This document shows, piece by piece, positions 1 to 10,436 of a DNA stretch of 54,082 nucleotides (the stretch's first letter is position 1; each line of letters begins with the position of its first letter). Both the position numbers and the translations under genes were made by a program. The notes beneath the pieces are model-generated. The model was not told the DNA's origin and did not search any database. It saw only the letters and a program-made list of their open reading frames with translations. Source of the DNA: Lachnospiraceae bacterium (GTDB lineage: Bacteria > Bacteroidota > Bacteroidia > Bacteroidales > Bacteroidaceae); the NCBI GenBank assembly GCA_963590445.1, contig CAVAPI010000001.1, forward strand, positions 1-54,082. Reading direction: 5' to 3'.

Positions 1-44
1 AAGATGGCAGAGAAGAGCAAAATACTAGTTAATTGTCTTTTCAT
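1..44 (-). CDS. 5' end of a gene running off the window; N-terminus resembles a Sec signal peptide (MKRQLTSILLFSAI...)
   Basis: ATG at 44 on the minus strand after an A-rich stretch; basic then hydrophobic N-terminus; TATCTTTG promoter element on the minus strand at 267-274. Confidence 0.55.
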   Translation of the reverse strand, partial: MKRQLTSILLFSAI

Positions 45-266
45 TACGTTTTTATGATTTAATCAAACATCTGTTTCCTCTATAACATCCGCATCATATA
101 ATATATAATGTGTACATAAACAGCAACGTGATACACGAAATCTCGGCGAACACATGCCAAGTGCTGTCGTCATCTCCGTCTTTCCTTTGCCTTGTTCCTA
201 ATACTTGTTCCTAATACTTGGATACTTTTTCTGCCGTCACATTGCAATTCATAATGCGTAACGGTG

Positions 267-274
267 CAAAGATA
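267..274 (-). promoter_or_regulatory. Bacteroidetes sigma-A -7 element (TATCTTTG)
   Basis: Matches TAnnTTTG and points toward the truncated gene at 1-44. Confidence 0.6.
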
Positions 275-420
275 CGCACTTTTCCCATAATGGGAGTCTT
301 GTTTTGTCGTTTTTTTTTAGACAAGGTGCGATTGACGACAAAACAAAAGGGAAACAGTAGAAGAGGGATGGGACGGTAAAACGATAACCCGGTATGATTG
401 CCCGGTACTTCTTTTGCGGT

Positions 421-480
421 TTTTGCCGGCTTCTTTTCTGTTGCATAGCCCGCCATGCTCTTTCGAAGAAGCCGGCAAAA
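421..480 (-). terminator. Hairpin downstream of rprY, likely terminator
   Basis: 15-bp perfect inverted repeat TTTTGCCGGCTTCTT (421-435) / AAGAAGCCGGCAAAA (466-480) just after the rprY stop. Confidence 0.55.
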
Positions 481-491
481 CCGTCCATAGC

Positions 492-1202
492 TTATTTCTC
501 GTCCTCTTCCTCTTCGGGAGCTATGAGTTTGTAGCCCTTGCCGTGGATGTTGATGATTTCAACCTGGTCGTCGTCCTTCAGATGCTTGCGCAATTTGGTG
601 ATATACACGTCCATTGAGCGCGCGTTAAAGTAGTTGTCGTCAATCCAGATGGTCTTCAGGGCGAAGTCACGCTGCAGGATTTCGTTGGCATGGCTGCACA
701 ACAGCGCCAGCAACTCGTTCTCCTTTGTCGTCAGCTTGGTCTGTTTGTCACCGATAGTGAGCAGTTGCTTCTGCGTGTCGAACGTGAAACGGCCGATATG
801 GTAAAGGACTTTCTCCTTTGTCTTCTTGCCCCGCACCCGCCGGAGTATGGCTTCTATACGGAACACAAGCTCTTCCATGGAGAAAGGCTTGGTGATGTAG
901 TCGTCGGCGCCGATCTTGAAGCCGTCAAGTATGTCCTCTTTCAGTGTCTTTGCGGTGAGAAAGATGATGGGGATTTCGGAGTTGGCGGCACGGATCTCCT
1001 GCGCGAGGGTGAAGCCGTCCTTCTTGGGCATCATAACGTCAAGCACGCAGATGTCGAACTTGTCCCTCAGGAAGGCCTTGTAGCCCTCTTCGCCGTCGGG
1101 ACACAGCTCTGCGTCGTAGCCTTTGGCGGCGAGATATTCGCGCAAAAGCATGCCTAAGTTCTCGTCATCTTCGCACAGAAGAATCTTAATGTTCATGTCC
1201 AT
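492..1202 (-). CDS. rprY: OmpR-family response regulator RprY
   Basis: Receiver domain (ILLCEDD, LDVMMP, FLTAK, DDYITKPFS) and winged helix (RSMDVYITKLRKHL, HGKGYKL); start trimmed to MDMNIK. Confidence 0.9.
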   Translation of the reverse strand: MDMNIKILLCEDDENLGMLLREYLAAKGYDAELCPDGEEGYKAFLRDKFDICVLDVMMPKKDGFTLAQEIRAANSEIPIIFLTAKTLKEDILDGFKIGADDYITKPFSMEELVFRIEAILRRVRGKKTKEKVLYHIGRFTFDTQKQLLTIGDKQTKLTTKENELLALLCSHANEILQRDFALKTIWIDDNYFNARSMDVYITKLRKHLKDDDQVEIINIHGKGYKLIAPEEEEDEK

Positions 1203-1301
1203 AGTCTCTAATTTATTGGTTAATACTATAATAATGTTGTCTTTTTCTTGTCCGTCGGCCGTCTTTCCCGGTTGCATCCGCCGCTTTCGGGGCGGCGGCG
1301 G

Positions 1302-2861
1302 TCAGCATTTCACTGCGTCGAGCGATATTGTGAAGGTCGTTCCCTTGCCGTATGAGCTTTCAACCCTGATGTCTCCCTTGTGCAGGTCCACGATTTTCTT
1401 CACGTAGGCCAGCCCCAGACCGAAGCCCTTTGCGTCATGCAGGTTGCCTGTATGCACGCGATAGAACTTCTCGAATATCTTTTTGAGGTTCTCTTTCCTT
1501 ATCCCCATGCCCGTGTCCCGTATGGATATGAACAGCCGTCCGCCGTCATTCCATGTCTTGATGTATATGTCAAGCGGCTTGTCCGGGCTTCTGTACTTCA
1601 CCGCATTGTCCATCAGGTTGAATATGGCGTTCTGGAAATGGGTCTCATCGACGTATATGGTGGAGTCAGCCGCCCCGATGTCGGTGTAGATCTTGCCTCC
1701 CGTGTGCTCCACGCGCAGCGAAAACGAGTTGGCAATGGTCTCCACAAGTTCGTTGGCGTCGGTCTCTTTCCTCTTGAACACCGCCTTCTTGCGGTCGAAC
1801 ATGGACATCTGCAGCACCTTCTCCACCAGAAAGCGCAGGCGTTTCGACTCGTCGTTGATCACGCCGCCCAGGTGCTTCATCATAGTTGGGCTTTTCGTCA
1901 CGCTCTCGTCGCCGAGCATCTGTGCGGCAAGCGATATGCTGGCGATGGGAGTCTTCAGTTCGTGGGTCATATTGTTGACAAAGTCGTTCTTTATCTCGGT
2001 GTACCGCTTCTGCCGGAAGATGACTACGATGGTGAAGATGAACGTTACGAGCAGCACAATGGTGAACACCACCGACGGTATCATGAACCTTATGCTGGAG
2101 AAGATGTAGTTGTTGATGTCCGGGAAGTGTATCTTCACCACTCCCATCTTGGACGACGGGTCGTTGCGGAAGAGCACTTGCGAGTAGGTGTATGCCTGTC
2201 CCTCGTCGGTATAGTCGGGGCAGCGGTACACCTCCCGGCCGTCTGCGGTTGATACAGTGAAGTGATAGTGTATGCTGACGCCGTTGTTGAGCAGCTCGGC
2301 GCGCAAGTCCTGGTCGAGGAGCTTGAAGTTGATGCGCTCTTTCAGCGGCCTGTCGCTCGCAGTGTAAAGGATGTTGTACACAACTTCGTCAAGCAGCGCC
2401 TTCTGATACACGTACCGGTTGCGCACAATCTCCTGCAGCGACTTGGAAGCCTCGCTTATGGAGTTCTTGTCCGACCGCAGTATCATGGCCTTGGGTATGG
2501 TTGAAGGCTTTGTTGTGATGGTTTTCAGCTGGAAAGACGAGTAGATGGTGCCGTCCTTGCCCGCCACTGCATACTGGTGGGAGTGCTGCACCACATCGTT
2601 GAGCTTGCCCGAGCGGGTGGAGACCGAGTCTTGGCTGAACGCCCGGCGTTCGGTTTCGTTCACGTCCCTTTCGAGATAGCGCAGCGTCTCGTTGAGTTCG
2701 AGGTTGCGCGATGCCTGATAGAGGCTGCGGTTGACCGATTCGTCAAACTGTTCCTTCTTCATCTTTGCCATTTCCTCAATGTATGACAGTTGCAGAAAGA
2801 GCAGTGCGAGGAACGAAAGCCCCATGACGATGGCCACAGCCCAAATCATTGATTTCTTCAT
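1302..2861 (-). CDS. rprX: Sensor histidine kinase RprX
   Basis: Two TM segments, HisKA H-box (NMTHELKTPI), N-box (NLMDNAVKY), G-boxes (DTGMGI, GFGLGL); directly upstream of rprY. Confidence 0.88.
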   Translation of the reverse strand: MKKSMIWAVAIVMGLSFLALLFLQLSYIEEMAKMKKEQFDESVNRSLYQASRNLELNETLRYLERDVNETERRAFSQDSVSTRSGKLNDVVQHSHQYAVAGKDGTIYSSFQLKTITTKPSTIPKAMILRSDKNSISEASKSLQEIVRNRYVYQKALLDEVVYNILYTASDRPLKERINFKLLDQDLRAELLNNGVSIHYHFTVSTADGREVYRCPDYTDEGQAYTYSQVLFRNDPSSKMGVVKIHFPDINNYIFSSIRFMIPSVVFTIVLLVTFIFTIVVIFRQKRYTEIKNDFVNNMTHELKTPIASISLAAQMLGDESVTKSPTMMKHLGGVINDESKRLRFLVEKVLQMSMFDRKKAVFKRKETDANELVETIANSFSLRVEHTGGKIYTDIGAADSTIYVDETHFQNAIFNLMDNAVKYRSPDKPLDIYIKTWNDGGRLFISIRDTGMGIRKENLKKIFEKFYRVHTGNLHDAKGFGLGLAYVKKIVDLHKGDIRVESSYGKGTTFTISLDAVKC

Positions 2862-2866
2862 GGCGG

Positions 2867-2874
2867 CAAAGATA
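2867..2874 (-). promoter_or_regulatory. -7 promoter element 5 nt before the rprX ATG (candidate leaderless mRNA)
   Basis: Minus strand reads TATCTTTG-CCGCC-ATG. Confidence 0.65.
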
Positions 2875-3029
2875 GTCCAAAAACGGGGATGTTGTTGCTG
2901 AAAAGTTAATCGTTTCCGTTAAATTTAACGTCATTAACAGGAAAATAAGGATTTGTGCCGGTATGCGCAACTATATCCATTCTTGGGTGCGACCGCTGCA
3001 TTTGCAAATGAAAGCCAGCCGGGTGTGAA

Positions 3030-3120
3030 TTGCAAACGGGCGGTTTACGGGTCGTAGTCGGGCTGTTTGCGTGGCATAAACGCACGGTTTACGGGCGTCA
3101 AACGGGCGGCTTTTTGGGGC
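3030..3120. repeat. Degenerate 22-bp-period array (core AAACGGGCGGTTT)
   Basis: GTTT/GCTT cores at 3043, 3065, 3087, 3109. Confidence 0.75.
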
Positions 3121-3181
3121 GGAGTGTGCGCCTTGTGAAAATGAGGGTGCCGGTGCGCCTCTTGTTTTCGGCTTTTTTGCT

Positions 3182-3189
3182 TACCTTTG
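3182..3189 (+). promoter_or_regulatory. -7 element (TACCTTTG) upstream of lptB
   Basis: TAnnTTTG consensus, divergent from rprX. Confidence 0.6.
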
Positions 3190-3485
3190 CAAGAGTGTTT
3201 GTCGCGTCCCGGCATAGGATATGGCTGTGCAAGAGATGCGGCTGACAGCTTCCGCACCTATATAAAATAAGGTGTAAGGTGGGTTCTGTAAATTACCGCC
3301 GCAAGAAAAACAACAAACAATATGGGTTACGTTTTGCCGCCTTTTGGCCTCTTTCCGGTTCATGTCGCCACCTTTCTCAGCCGTAATGCCCGCATTACTC
3401 CCGCGCCCGCTGGCGGTATGCGCCCGGAAACAGTCTCAAAATCCGGCAAAGCTGATTTATAGACCCGCCATAAGAACAATAGTCT

Positions 3486-4319
3486 ATGGACGCAAACAGC
3501 AATAATGTATCGGCAGGGCAGCCGGTTGAGGGGCAGATGGTGCTGCGCACCGAAGGCCTCGTGAAGCGTTACGGCAAGCGCACGGTGGTTAACGACGTGT
3601 CGTTTGACGTGAAACAGGGCGAAATAGTAGGACTTCTCGGCCCCAACGGTGCCGGAAAGACCACCTCGTTCTACATGACAACGGGGCTGGTCACGTCAAA
3701 TGCCGGCCACATATACCTCGACCAGCTCGACATAACCGACTATCCCGTCTATAAACGCGCCCGCGCAGGCATCGGATACCTTGCCCAGGAGGCCAGCGTG
3801 TTCCGCAAGATGAGTGTTGAAGACAACATTCTCTCGGTGCTGGAGATGACAGGAAAGCCGCGAGAGTACCAGATGGAGAAGCTGGAGAGCCTGATCAGGG
3901 AGTTCAGGCTGCAGAAGGTGCGCAAGAACAAGGGCGACCAGCTGTCGGGAGGCGAGCGGCGGCGCACGGAGATAGCCCGCTGTCTGGCCATAGACCCCAA
4001 GTTCATCATGCTCGACGAGCCGTTTGCCGGAGTCGATCCCATAGCCGTGGAGGACATACAGTATATCGTCTGGCAGCTGAAATACCGCAACATAGGCATC
4101 CTGATAACCGACCACAATGTGGAAGACACCCTGTGTATAACCGACAGGGCGTACATGCTGTTCGAGGGACGCATACTGTTTCAGGGCACACCCGAGGAAC
4201 TTGCGTCCAACCAGATAGTGCGTGACAAGTACCTGACCAACAGTTTCAGCCTGCGCAAGAAAGACTTTCAGACCATGGAGGAGCAGCGCAGGGCGCAGGA
4301 GGCGGCCGAAAACGGATGA
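3486..4319 (+). CDS. lptB: LPS export ABC transporter ATP-binding protein
   Basis: [33 protein letters not shown] motifs typical of LptB. Confidence 0.93.
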   Translation: MDANSNNVSAGQPVEGQMVLRTEGLVKRYGKRTVVNDVSFDVKQGEIVGLLGPNGAGKTTSFYMTTGLVTSNAGHIYLDQLDITDYPVYKRARAGIGYLAQEASVFRKMSVEDNILSVLEMTGKPREYQMEKLESLIREFRLQKVRKNKGDQLSGGERRRTEIARCLAIDPKFIMLDEPFAGVDPIAVEDIQYIVWQLKYRNIGILITDHNVEDTLCITDRAYMLFEGRILFQGTPEELASNQIVRDKYLTNSFSLRKKDFQTMEEQRRAQEAAENG

Positions 4320-4460
4320 CGGCAGCGGCGCCTGCGCATGAATGCCGGGCGGGACAGGGTGCGGACAGCGTGCCGGCCCGTAGGAAAAACCGCCTTTCCG
4401 GCATGCGTTTCCCCTTGCGTTAAAAATGCCAAAAGTTTAGGCTGTTACGCCATTTATCCT

Positions 4461-4468
4461 TAATTTTG
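4461..4468 (+). promoter_or_regulatory. -7 element (TAATTTTG) for tig
   Basis: TAnnTTTG about 43 nt before the ATG. Confidence 0.65.
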
Positions 4469-4511
4469 CAACCCAAAATTTGACATATAATCAACACATT
4501 TAATATTAACG

Positions 4512-5879
4512 ATGAATATCTCATTTGAAAATCCCGACAAAATCAACGGCTTGCTTACCGTGACCGTTGAAAAGGATGACTATGAAAAGGATGTCGAGAA
4601 GACACTGAAGGGCTACCGCAAACGCGCAAACATTCCAGGTTTCCGTCCCGGAACGGTGCCTATGGGGATGATAAAGCAGCAGTATGGCGAGGCGGTAAAG
4701 GCCGATGTCATAAACAAGCTGGTGGGTGACGGTATATATAACTATGTACGCGAGAACAAAATCCAGATGCTGGGCAACCCGATGCCTGACACCGAGAAGC
4801 AGAAACAGCTCGACCTGAAGGGCGACGGGCCGTTTGACTTCGTGTTTGACATAGCTGTGGCTCCCGAATTTAAGGCAGAGCTGACCGCAAAGGACTCCAT
4901 TGACTATTACGACATAACGGTTGACGACAAGTTGGTCGGCCAGCAGGTGGAAATGTTCCGGTCGCGCGGCGGCCACTACGACAAGGCTGAGGCTTACGAC
5001 CCGGCACAAAACGACATGCTCAAGGGCGACTTGCGCGAGCTTGACGCCGACGGCAACGCCAAGGAAGGCGGCATTGTCGTGGAGGGAGCGGTGATGATGC
5101 CCGAATATATAAAGGTGGAAGACCAGAAAAAGCTGTTCGACGGAGCAAAAGTGGGCAGCGTAATCACCTTCAACCCCAGGAAAGCCTATCCCGAAGGCAC
5201 GGCCGAAGTGTCGTCGCTGCTGAAGATAGACAAGGAAAAGGCCGAGTCCATGACTTCCGACTTCACCTGTCTCGTCACCGAAGTGCAGCGTTTCGTGAAG
5301 GCAGAGCTTGACCAGGAACTGTTCGACCAGGTGTATGGCAAGGACGAAGTGAAGAGTGAAGAGGAGTTCAAACAGAAGATTTCCGACGGAATAAAGGCAC
5401 AATTAGCCACAGACAGCGACTACAAATTCCTGCTGGATATGCGTGCCTGTCTGGAAAAGAAGGTGGGCGAGCTGACCTTTCCCGACGCTCTGCTGAAGAA
5501 AATGATGCTTGAGAACAACAAGGACAAGGGCGAAAAGTTTGTGGAAGACAACTATGAAGCAAGCATAAAGGAACTGAAATGGCACCTTATCAAGGAGCAG
5601 CTCGTGGCCGCAAACGGCATCAAGATAGACGAAAGTGACGTGAAGGGAGTGGCCAAAGAGGTGGCCCGCGCCCAGTTCGCCCAGTATGGAATGGCAAATG
5701 TGCCCGACGAATATCTGGAAAAGTATGCCGCTGATATGGTCAAGGACGGCAAGAACACCGACAGTTTCGTTGACCGCGCCATCGACATCAAGCTGGTTGC
5801 CGCCGTCAAGAATACCGTGAAGCTGAAGAACAAGGCCATCTCGCTTGACGACTTCAACAAGATGATGCAGGAAAAATAA
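4512..5879 (+). CDS. tig: Trigger factor
   Basis: Ribosome-binding IPGFRPG motif, 455 aa, tig-clpP-clpX synteny. Confidence 0.93.
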   Translation: MNISFENPDKINGLLTVTVEKDDYEKDVEKTLKGYRKRANIPGFRPGTVPMGMIKQQYGEAVKADVINKLVGDGIYNYVRENKIQMLGNPMPDTEKQKQLDLKGDGPFDFVFDIAVAPEFKAELTAKDSIDYYDITVDDKLVGQQVEMFRSRGGHYDKAEAYDPAQNDMLKGDLRELDADGNAKEGGIVVEGAVMMPEYIKVEDQKKLFDGAKVGSVITFNPRKAYPEGTAEVSSLLKIDKEKAESMTSDFTCLVTEVQRFVKAELDQELFDQVYGKDEVKSEEEFKQKISDGIKAQLATDSDYKFLLDMRACLEKKVGELTFPDALLKKMMLENNKDKGEKFVEDNYEASIKELKWHLIKEQLVAANGIKIDESDVKGVAKEVARAQFAQYGMANVPDEYLEKYAADMVKDGKNTDSFVDRAIDIKLVAAVKNTVKLKNKAISLDDFNKMMQEK

Positions 5880-5906
5880 AGCACAGCGATAAAAAACCTC
5901 GCGAAG

Positions 5907-5983
5907 TAAGGAGGTTATCGACTTTTTTTATTAATTTTGTTCCTACGAACGGAATGAAAAAGAGAAAGCCGATAACCTCCTTA
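5907..5983. repeat. 14-bp perfect inverted repeat flanking a -7 promoter element upstream of clpP
   Basis: TAAGGAGGTTATCG (5907-5920) / CGATAACCTCCTTA (5970-5983); TAATTTTG at 5932-5939 lies between them. Confidence 0.8.
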
Positions 5984-6023
5984 TCGTGTCTTGAAAGAAC
6001 TGAAAGAAATAAACTACCATACA

Positions 6024-6749
6024 ATGAACGACTTTAGGAAGTATGCCACAAGGCATTTGGGCATAAACGGACTGGTGCTTGACGAGGTCGTAAGCTCGCA
6101 GGCACAGTATCTGAACCCGTACATTCTTGAGGAACGTGCGCTCAATGTAACCCAGATGGACGTGTTCTCGCGCCTGATGATGGACCGCATCATATTCCTC
6201 GGAACGCAGATTGACGACTATACCGCTAATATATTACAGGCACAACTGCTCTTCCTCGACTCGCAAGACCAGGGGAAAGACATATCCATATATATAAATT
6301 CGCCCGGCGGAAGCGTCACAGCCGGTCTTGGAATCTACGACACAATGCAGTTTATCTCCAGTGATGTGGCCACGCTCTGTACGGGTATGGCCGCGTCAAT
6401 GGCGGCAGTGCTGCTCGTGGCTGGGACAGAGGGCAAGCGTTCGGCGTTGACCCACAGCCGCGTAATGATACACCAGCCGCTCGGAGGAGTGCAGGGACAG
6501 GCCTCAGACATAGAGATAGAGGCGCGGGAGATAATGAAATTCAAGAAAGAACTGTACACTATCATAGCCGATCATTCGCACACTCCGTTTGAAAAGGTGT
6601 GGAATGACTCCGACCGCAACTACTGGATGACGGCAGAAGAGGCCAGGGAGTATGGCATGATAGACCGGGTGATGGTCAGAAAGACCGGCTCTTCAGAGGA
6701 CAACGACACCGCCGCCGACGCTACAAACGACAAAGAGAACAAGAAATGA
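6024..6749 (+). CDS. clpP: ATP-dependent Clp protease proteolytic subunit
   Basis: [27 protein letters not shown] (catalytic Ser), MIHQP (His); start at MNDFRKY. Confidence 0.96.
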   Translation: MNDFRKYATRHLGINGLVLDEVVSSQAQYLNPYILEERALNVTQMDVFSRLMMDRIIFLGTQIDDYTANILQAQLLFLDSQDQGKDISIYINSPGGSVTAGLGIYDTMQFISSDVATLCTGMAASMAAVLLVAGTEGKRSALTHSRVMIHQPLGGVQGQASDIEIEAREIMKFKKELYTIIADHSHTPFEKVWNDSDRNYWMTAEEAREYGMIDRVMVRKTGSSEDNDTAADATNDKENKK

Positions 6750-7975
6750 AGAAGGTTTGCAGCTTTTGCGGGCGCGAAGAAGGAAGGGTAAGTCTGCTCA
6801 TAACCGGCATCAACGGCTACATCTGCAACGACTGTGTAATGCAGGCGTACCAGATAGTGAACGAGGCGCTGCTGCTGGATGCCGATACTGACGACAAGAA
6901 TGAACGCTACAAGCCGAAGAAGGTGCCCAAGCCGAAGGAGATAAAGGCCCATCTGGATCAGTATGTCATAGGACAGGACGAGGCCAAGCGCCATCTTTCG
7001 GTGGCTGTCTATAACCATTACAAGCGCCTCCAGCAGCCAGACGATTCCGAAGGCGTGGAGATAGAGAAGAGCAATATAATAATGGTGGGAAGCACCGGCA
7101 CGGGCAAGACCCTTCTGGCGCGCTCCATCGCAAAGCTACTCGACGTTCCGTTCACGATAGTCGATGCCACGGTGCTCACCGAAGCCGGCTATGTGGGCGA
7201 AGACGTGGAGAGTATTCTGTCGCGGCTGCTGCAAGTGGCCGACTACAACGTGCGTGCGGCAGAGCGCGGGATTGTGTTTATAGACGAAATAGACAAGATT
7301 GCGCGCAAGAGCGACAACCCTTCCATCACCAGGGACGTGAGCGGCGAGGGCGTGCAGCAGGGTTTGCTGAAGCTGTTGGAGGGAACCGTGGTCAACGTTC
7401 CGCCGCAGGGAGGCCGTAAGCACCCCGACCAGGAGTACATACACGTGGACACACGCAACATACTGTTCATCTGCGGAGGTGCATTCGACGGCATTGAGCG
7501 CAAGATAGCCCAGCGTATGAACACGCACACGGTGGGTTACAACTCGGTACAGAACGTGCGTAATATTGACAAGGCCAACCTTATGAAGTATATCATGCCG
7601 CAGGACTTGAAGTCATACGGCCTTATACCTGAGATAATAGGCCGTCTGCCGGTGCTGACCTATCTGCATCCGCTCGACAAGGAGGCCTTGTCGCGCATCT
7701 TGTTCGAGCCTAAGAACTCGATAGTCAAGCAGTTTGTCAAGCTGTTCGAAATGGATGGCATAAAGCTGACGTTCAGTGACGATGTCCTGAAGCTGATTGT
7801 TGACAAGGCAGTGGAGTACAAACTGGGCGCACGCGGCTTGCGCTCGATCGTAGAGACCATCATGACCGACGCCATGTTCGAGTCTCCGTCCAAGCGGGCA
7901 AAGACTTTCAACGTGACACTCGACTATGCGCTGCGGCAACTGGACAAGTCCAACCTGCAGCGGATTGGGGCTTGA
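6746..7975 (+). CDS. clpX: ATP-dependent Clp protease ATP-binding subunit
   Basis: CSFC...CNDC zinc finger, [31 protein letters not shown]. Confidence 0.96.
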   Translation: MKKVCSFCGREEGRVSLLITGINGYICNDCVMQAYQIVNEALLLDADTDDKNERYKPKKVPKPKEIKAHLDQYVIGQDEAKRHLSVAVYNHYKRLQQPDDSEGVEIEKSNIIMVGSTGTGKTLLARSIAKLLDVPFTIVDATVLTEAGYVGEDVESILSRLLQVADYNVRAAERGIVFIDEIDKIARKSDNPSITRDVSGEGVQQGLLKLLEGTVVNVPPQGGRKHPDQEYIHVDTRNILFICGGAFDGIERKIAQRMNTHTVGYNSVQNVRNIDKANLMKYIMPQDLKSYGLIPEIIGRLPVLTYLHPLDKEALSRILFEPKNSIVKQFVKLFEMDGIKLTFSDDVLKLIVDKAVEYKLGARGLRSIVETIMTDAMFESPSKRAKTFNVTLDYALRQLDKSNLQRIGA

Positions 7976-7981
7976 CCGCAA

Positions 7982-8204
7982 AAGGCAGGAGTTAGCTGCC
8001 CGAAGGGCGGAGGTTTGGCCGCAAACCCCATAAAGAGGGCTTTCAAACACGGGAGTTTGCCACTCAAAGGCTGGAGTTGGCCTGTTGAAGGCTGGAGGTT
8101 GCCTGTTGAAGGCTGGAGTTTGCTCGTTGAAGGCTGGAGTTTGCTCGTTGAAGGCTGGAGTTGGCCTGTTGAAGGCTGGAGGTTAGTGCCTTTCAAAGGC
8201 TGGA
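7982..8204. repeat. 21-bp tandem repeat (AAGGCTGGAGTTGGCCTGTTG-type), six near-perfect units plus degenerate flanking units
   Basis: AAGGCTGGA at 8067, 8088, 8109, 8130, 8151, 8172 and 8196; degenerate units at 7982 and 8003. Confidence 0.92.
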
Positions 8205-8252
8205 ACCTTGACTACAAAACCTATAAGGATTGACTGAAAACCATAAGTTAGC

Positions 8253-10436
8253 ATGACATACACGGTAGATCTTTTGGCGACATTAAAGCGACATTTCGGT
8301 TTTGACAAGTTCAAAGGCGATCAGGAAGCCATCATCCGGAATGTGCTCGATGGCCGGGACACGTTCGTGCTCATGCCGACCGGTGGCGGCAAGTCGTTGT
8401 GTTACCAGCTTCCATCGCTGCTTATGGAGGGTACCGCCATCGTTATATCGCCGCTAATCGCCTTGATGAAGAACCAAGTCGATTTCATAAGCAACCTAAG
8501 TGACGTGGACGGCGTTGCGCATTACCTCAATTCTTCGTTGAACAAGGCGGCTGTTGACCAAGTACGCCGCGACATACTTGAAGGACGCACCAAGTTGCTG
8601 TACGTTGCCCCGGAGTCGCTGACCAAGGAGGACAACGTTTCGTTCCTCAAATCCGTTAAAATTTCGTTCTATGCCGTCGATGAGGCACACTGTATATCCG
8701 AGTGGGGACATGATTTCCGCCCGGAATACCGTCGCATACGCCCCATTATCAACGAGATAGGCAACGCTCCGATTATCGCGCTTACGGCCACTGCCACCGA
8801 CAAAGTGCGCACTGACATAAAGAAAAACCTCGGAATCGTTGGCGCAAAGGAGTTCAAGAGTTCGTTCAACCGCCCCAACCTTTACTATGAAGTGCGCCCC
8901 AAGACCAAGGATGTCGATAAGGAAATCATAAAATTCATCAAGAACAATTCAGGGAAGAGCGGCATTATATACTGTCTGTCGCGCAAAAAGGTGGAGGAAC
9001 TGGCCGCCATCCTGTGCGCAAACGACATCAAGGCTGCCCCATACCACGCCGGTCTCGACACGTCAACGCGCTCCCAGACGCAGGATGACTTCCTGATGGA
9101 GAAGTTCGATGTCATAGTTGCGACCATCGCATTCGGCATGGGCATCGACAAACCCGACGTGCGCTTCGTGATACATTACGACATTCCGAAGAGTCTGGAG
9201 GGCTATTACCAGGAGACAGGGCGCGCCGGGCGCGACGGAGGCGAGGGCCTTTGCATCGCGTTCTATTCGTATAAGGATCTCCAGAAGCTCGACAAGTTCA
9301 TGGAAGGCAAGCCTGTGGCCGAGCAGGACATAGGCCGGCAGTTGCTGCAGGAGACGGCTGCGTATGCAGAGACCTCGGTTTGCCGCCGGAAGATGCTGCT
9401 CCACTACTTTGGGGAGGAGTACGACAAGGACAACTGCCACAACTGCGACAACTGTCTGCACCCGAAAAAGAAGATAGAGGCCGGGCGCGAGCTTGCCATA
9501 GCCCTGCGTGCCATTGCCGCAATCAAGGAGAATTTCCGCGCAGACTATGTGATTGACTTCATATTGGGGCGCGAGACGGACGAAATCCTTGCCCACAAGC
9601 ACAACGAACTTGAGGCATTCGGCTCCGGAGAGGACGAGGATGAGAAAGTGTGGGCGCCGCTTTTGCGCCAAGCCCTTATCGCCGGCTACCTCAAGAAGGA
9701 GGTTGAGAACTACGGTCTGCTCAAGATAACCGCCGCAGGGCGCAGCTTTATGAAAGCCCCCAAGACCTTTATGATAGTCGAAGACCAGGACTTCAACTGC
9801 GAAGACGGGCGTTCGTCCGACGGCGACGGCGGCACCAGTGCCCTCGACCCCACGCTCAACGCCATGCTGAAAGACCTCCGCAAGAAGGTTTCCAAGGCAT
9901 TGGAGCGTCCCCCATACGTCATTTTCCAGGACGTATCGCTTGAGCAGATGGCCACAGACTATCCCGTTACGCTCGAAGAGCTGAAGAATATCCAGGGTGT
10001 AGGGGAGGGTAAGGCCCGCCAACCATACGCCCAGAAGTTCGTTGACCTTATAAAAAAGTACTGCGAAGAGAACGGTATCGAGCGGCAGACCGACCTGCGG
10101 GTGCGCACGGTGGCCAAGAAGTCGGTGCTGAAGGTAAGCATTATACAGAGCATAGACCGCAAGGTGGCTCTTGACGACATCGCTACCGCCAAGGGAATAG
10201 ACTTCGAGGAGTTGCTTAACGAGCTTGAAGCCATCGTCTATTCGGGCACTAAGCTCGACATAGACTACTTCCTCTACGACGTAATGGACGAGGATCACGT
10301 CACCGACATATACGATTATTTCCGCGAGTCGGAGACTGACGACCTCGAAGCCGCCCTGAAAGAGCTTGGAAGCGACAGCTCCGAGGACGAAATACGTTTG
10401 GTCCGCATCAAATTCATGTCGGAAATGGCCAACTGA
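8253..10436 (+). CDS. recQ: DNA helicase RecQ
   Basis: MPTGGGKS, VDEAHCISEWGHDFRP, QETGRAGRDG, Zn-binding C...CHNCDNC, HRDC region. Confidence 0.96.
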   Translation: MTYTVDLLATLKRHFGFDKFKGDQEAIIRNVLDGRDTFVLMPTGGGKSLCYQLPSLLMEGTAIVISPLIALMKNQVDFISNLSDVDGVAHYLNSSLNKAAVDQVRRDILEGRTKLLYVAPESLTKEDNVSFLKSVKISFYAVDEAHCISEWGHDFRPEYRRIRPIINEIGNAPIIALTATATDKVRTDIKKNLGIVGAKEFKSSFNRPNLYYEVRPKTKDVDKEIIKFIKNNSGKSGIIYCLSRKKVEELAAILCANDIKAAPYHAGLDTSTRSQTQDDFLMEKFDVIVATIAFGMGIDKPDVRFVIHYDIPKSLEGYYQETGRAGRDGGEGLCIAFYSYKDLQKLDKFMEGKPVAEQDIGRQLLQETAAYAETSVCRRKMLLHYFGEEYDKDNCHNCDNCLHPKKKIEAGRELAIALRAIAAIKENFRADYVIDFILGRETDEILAHKHNELEAFGSGEDEDEKVWAPLLRQALIAGYLKKEVENYGLLKITAAGRSFMKAPKTFMIVEDQDFNCEDGRSSDGDGGTSALDPTLNAMLKDLRKKVSKALERPPYVIFQDVSLEQMATDYPVTLEELKNIQGVGEGKARQPYAQKFVDLIKKYCEENGIERQTDLRVRTVAKKSVLKVSIIQSIDRKVALDDIATAKGIDFEELLNELEAIVYSGTKLDIDYFLYDVMDEDHVTDIYDYFRESETDDLEAALKELGSDSSEDEIRLVRIKFMSEMAN

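Noticed and set aside
7982..8204. Possible CRISPR array
   Set aside because: Units are contiguous 21-mers with no unique spacers and no cas genes; the repetitive LQPSTG/VEGW ORFs across it are by-products of the repeat.
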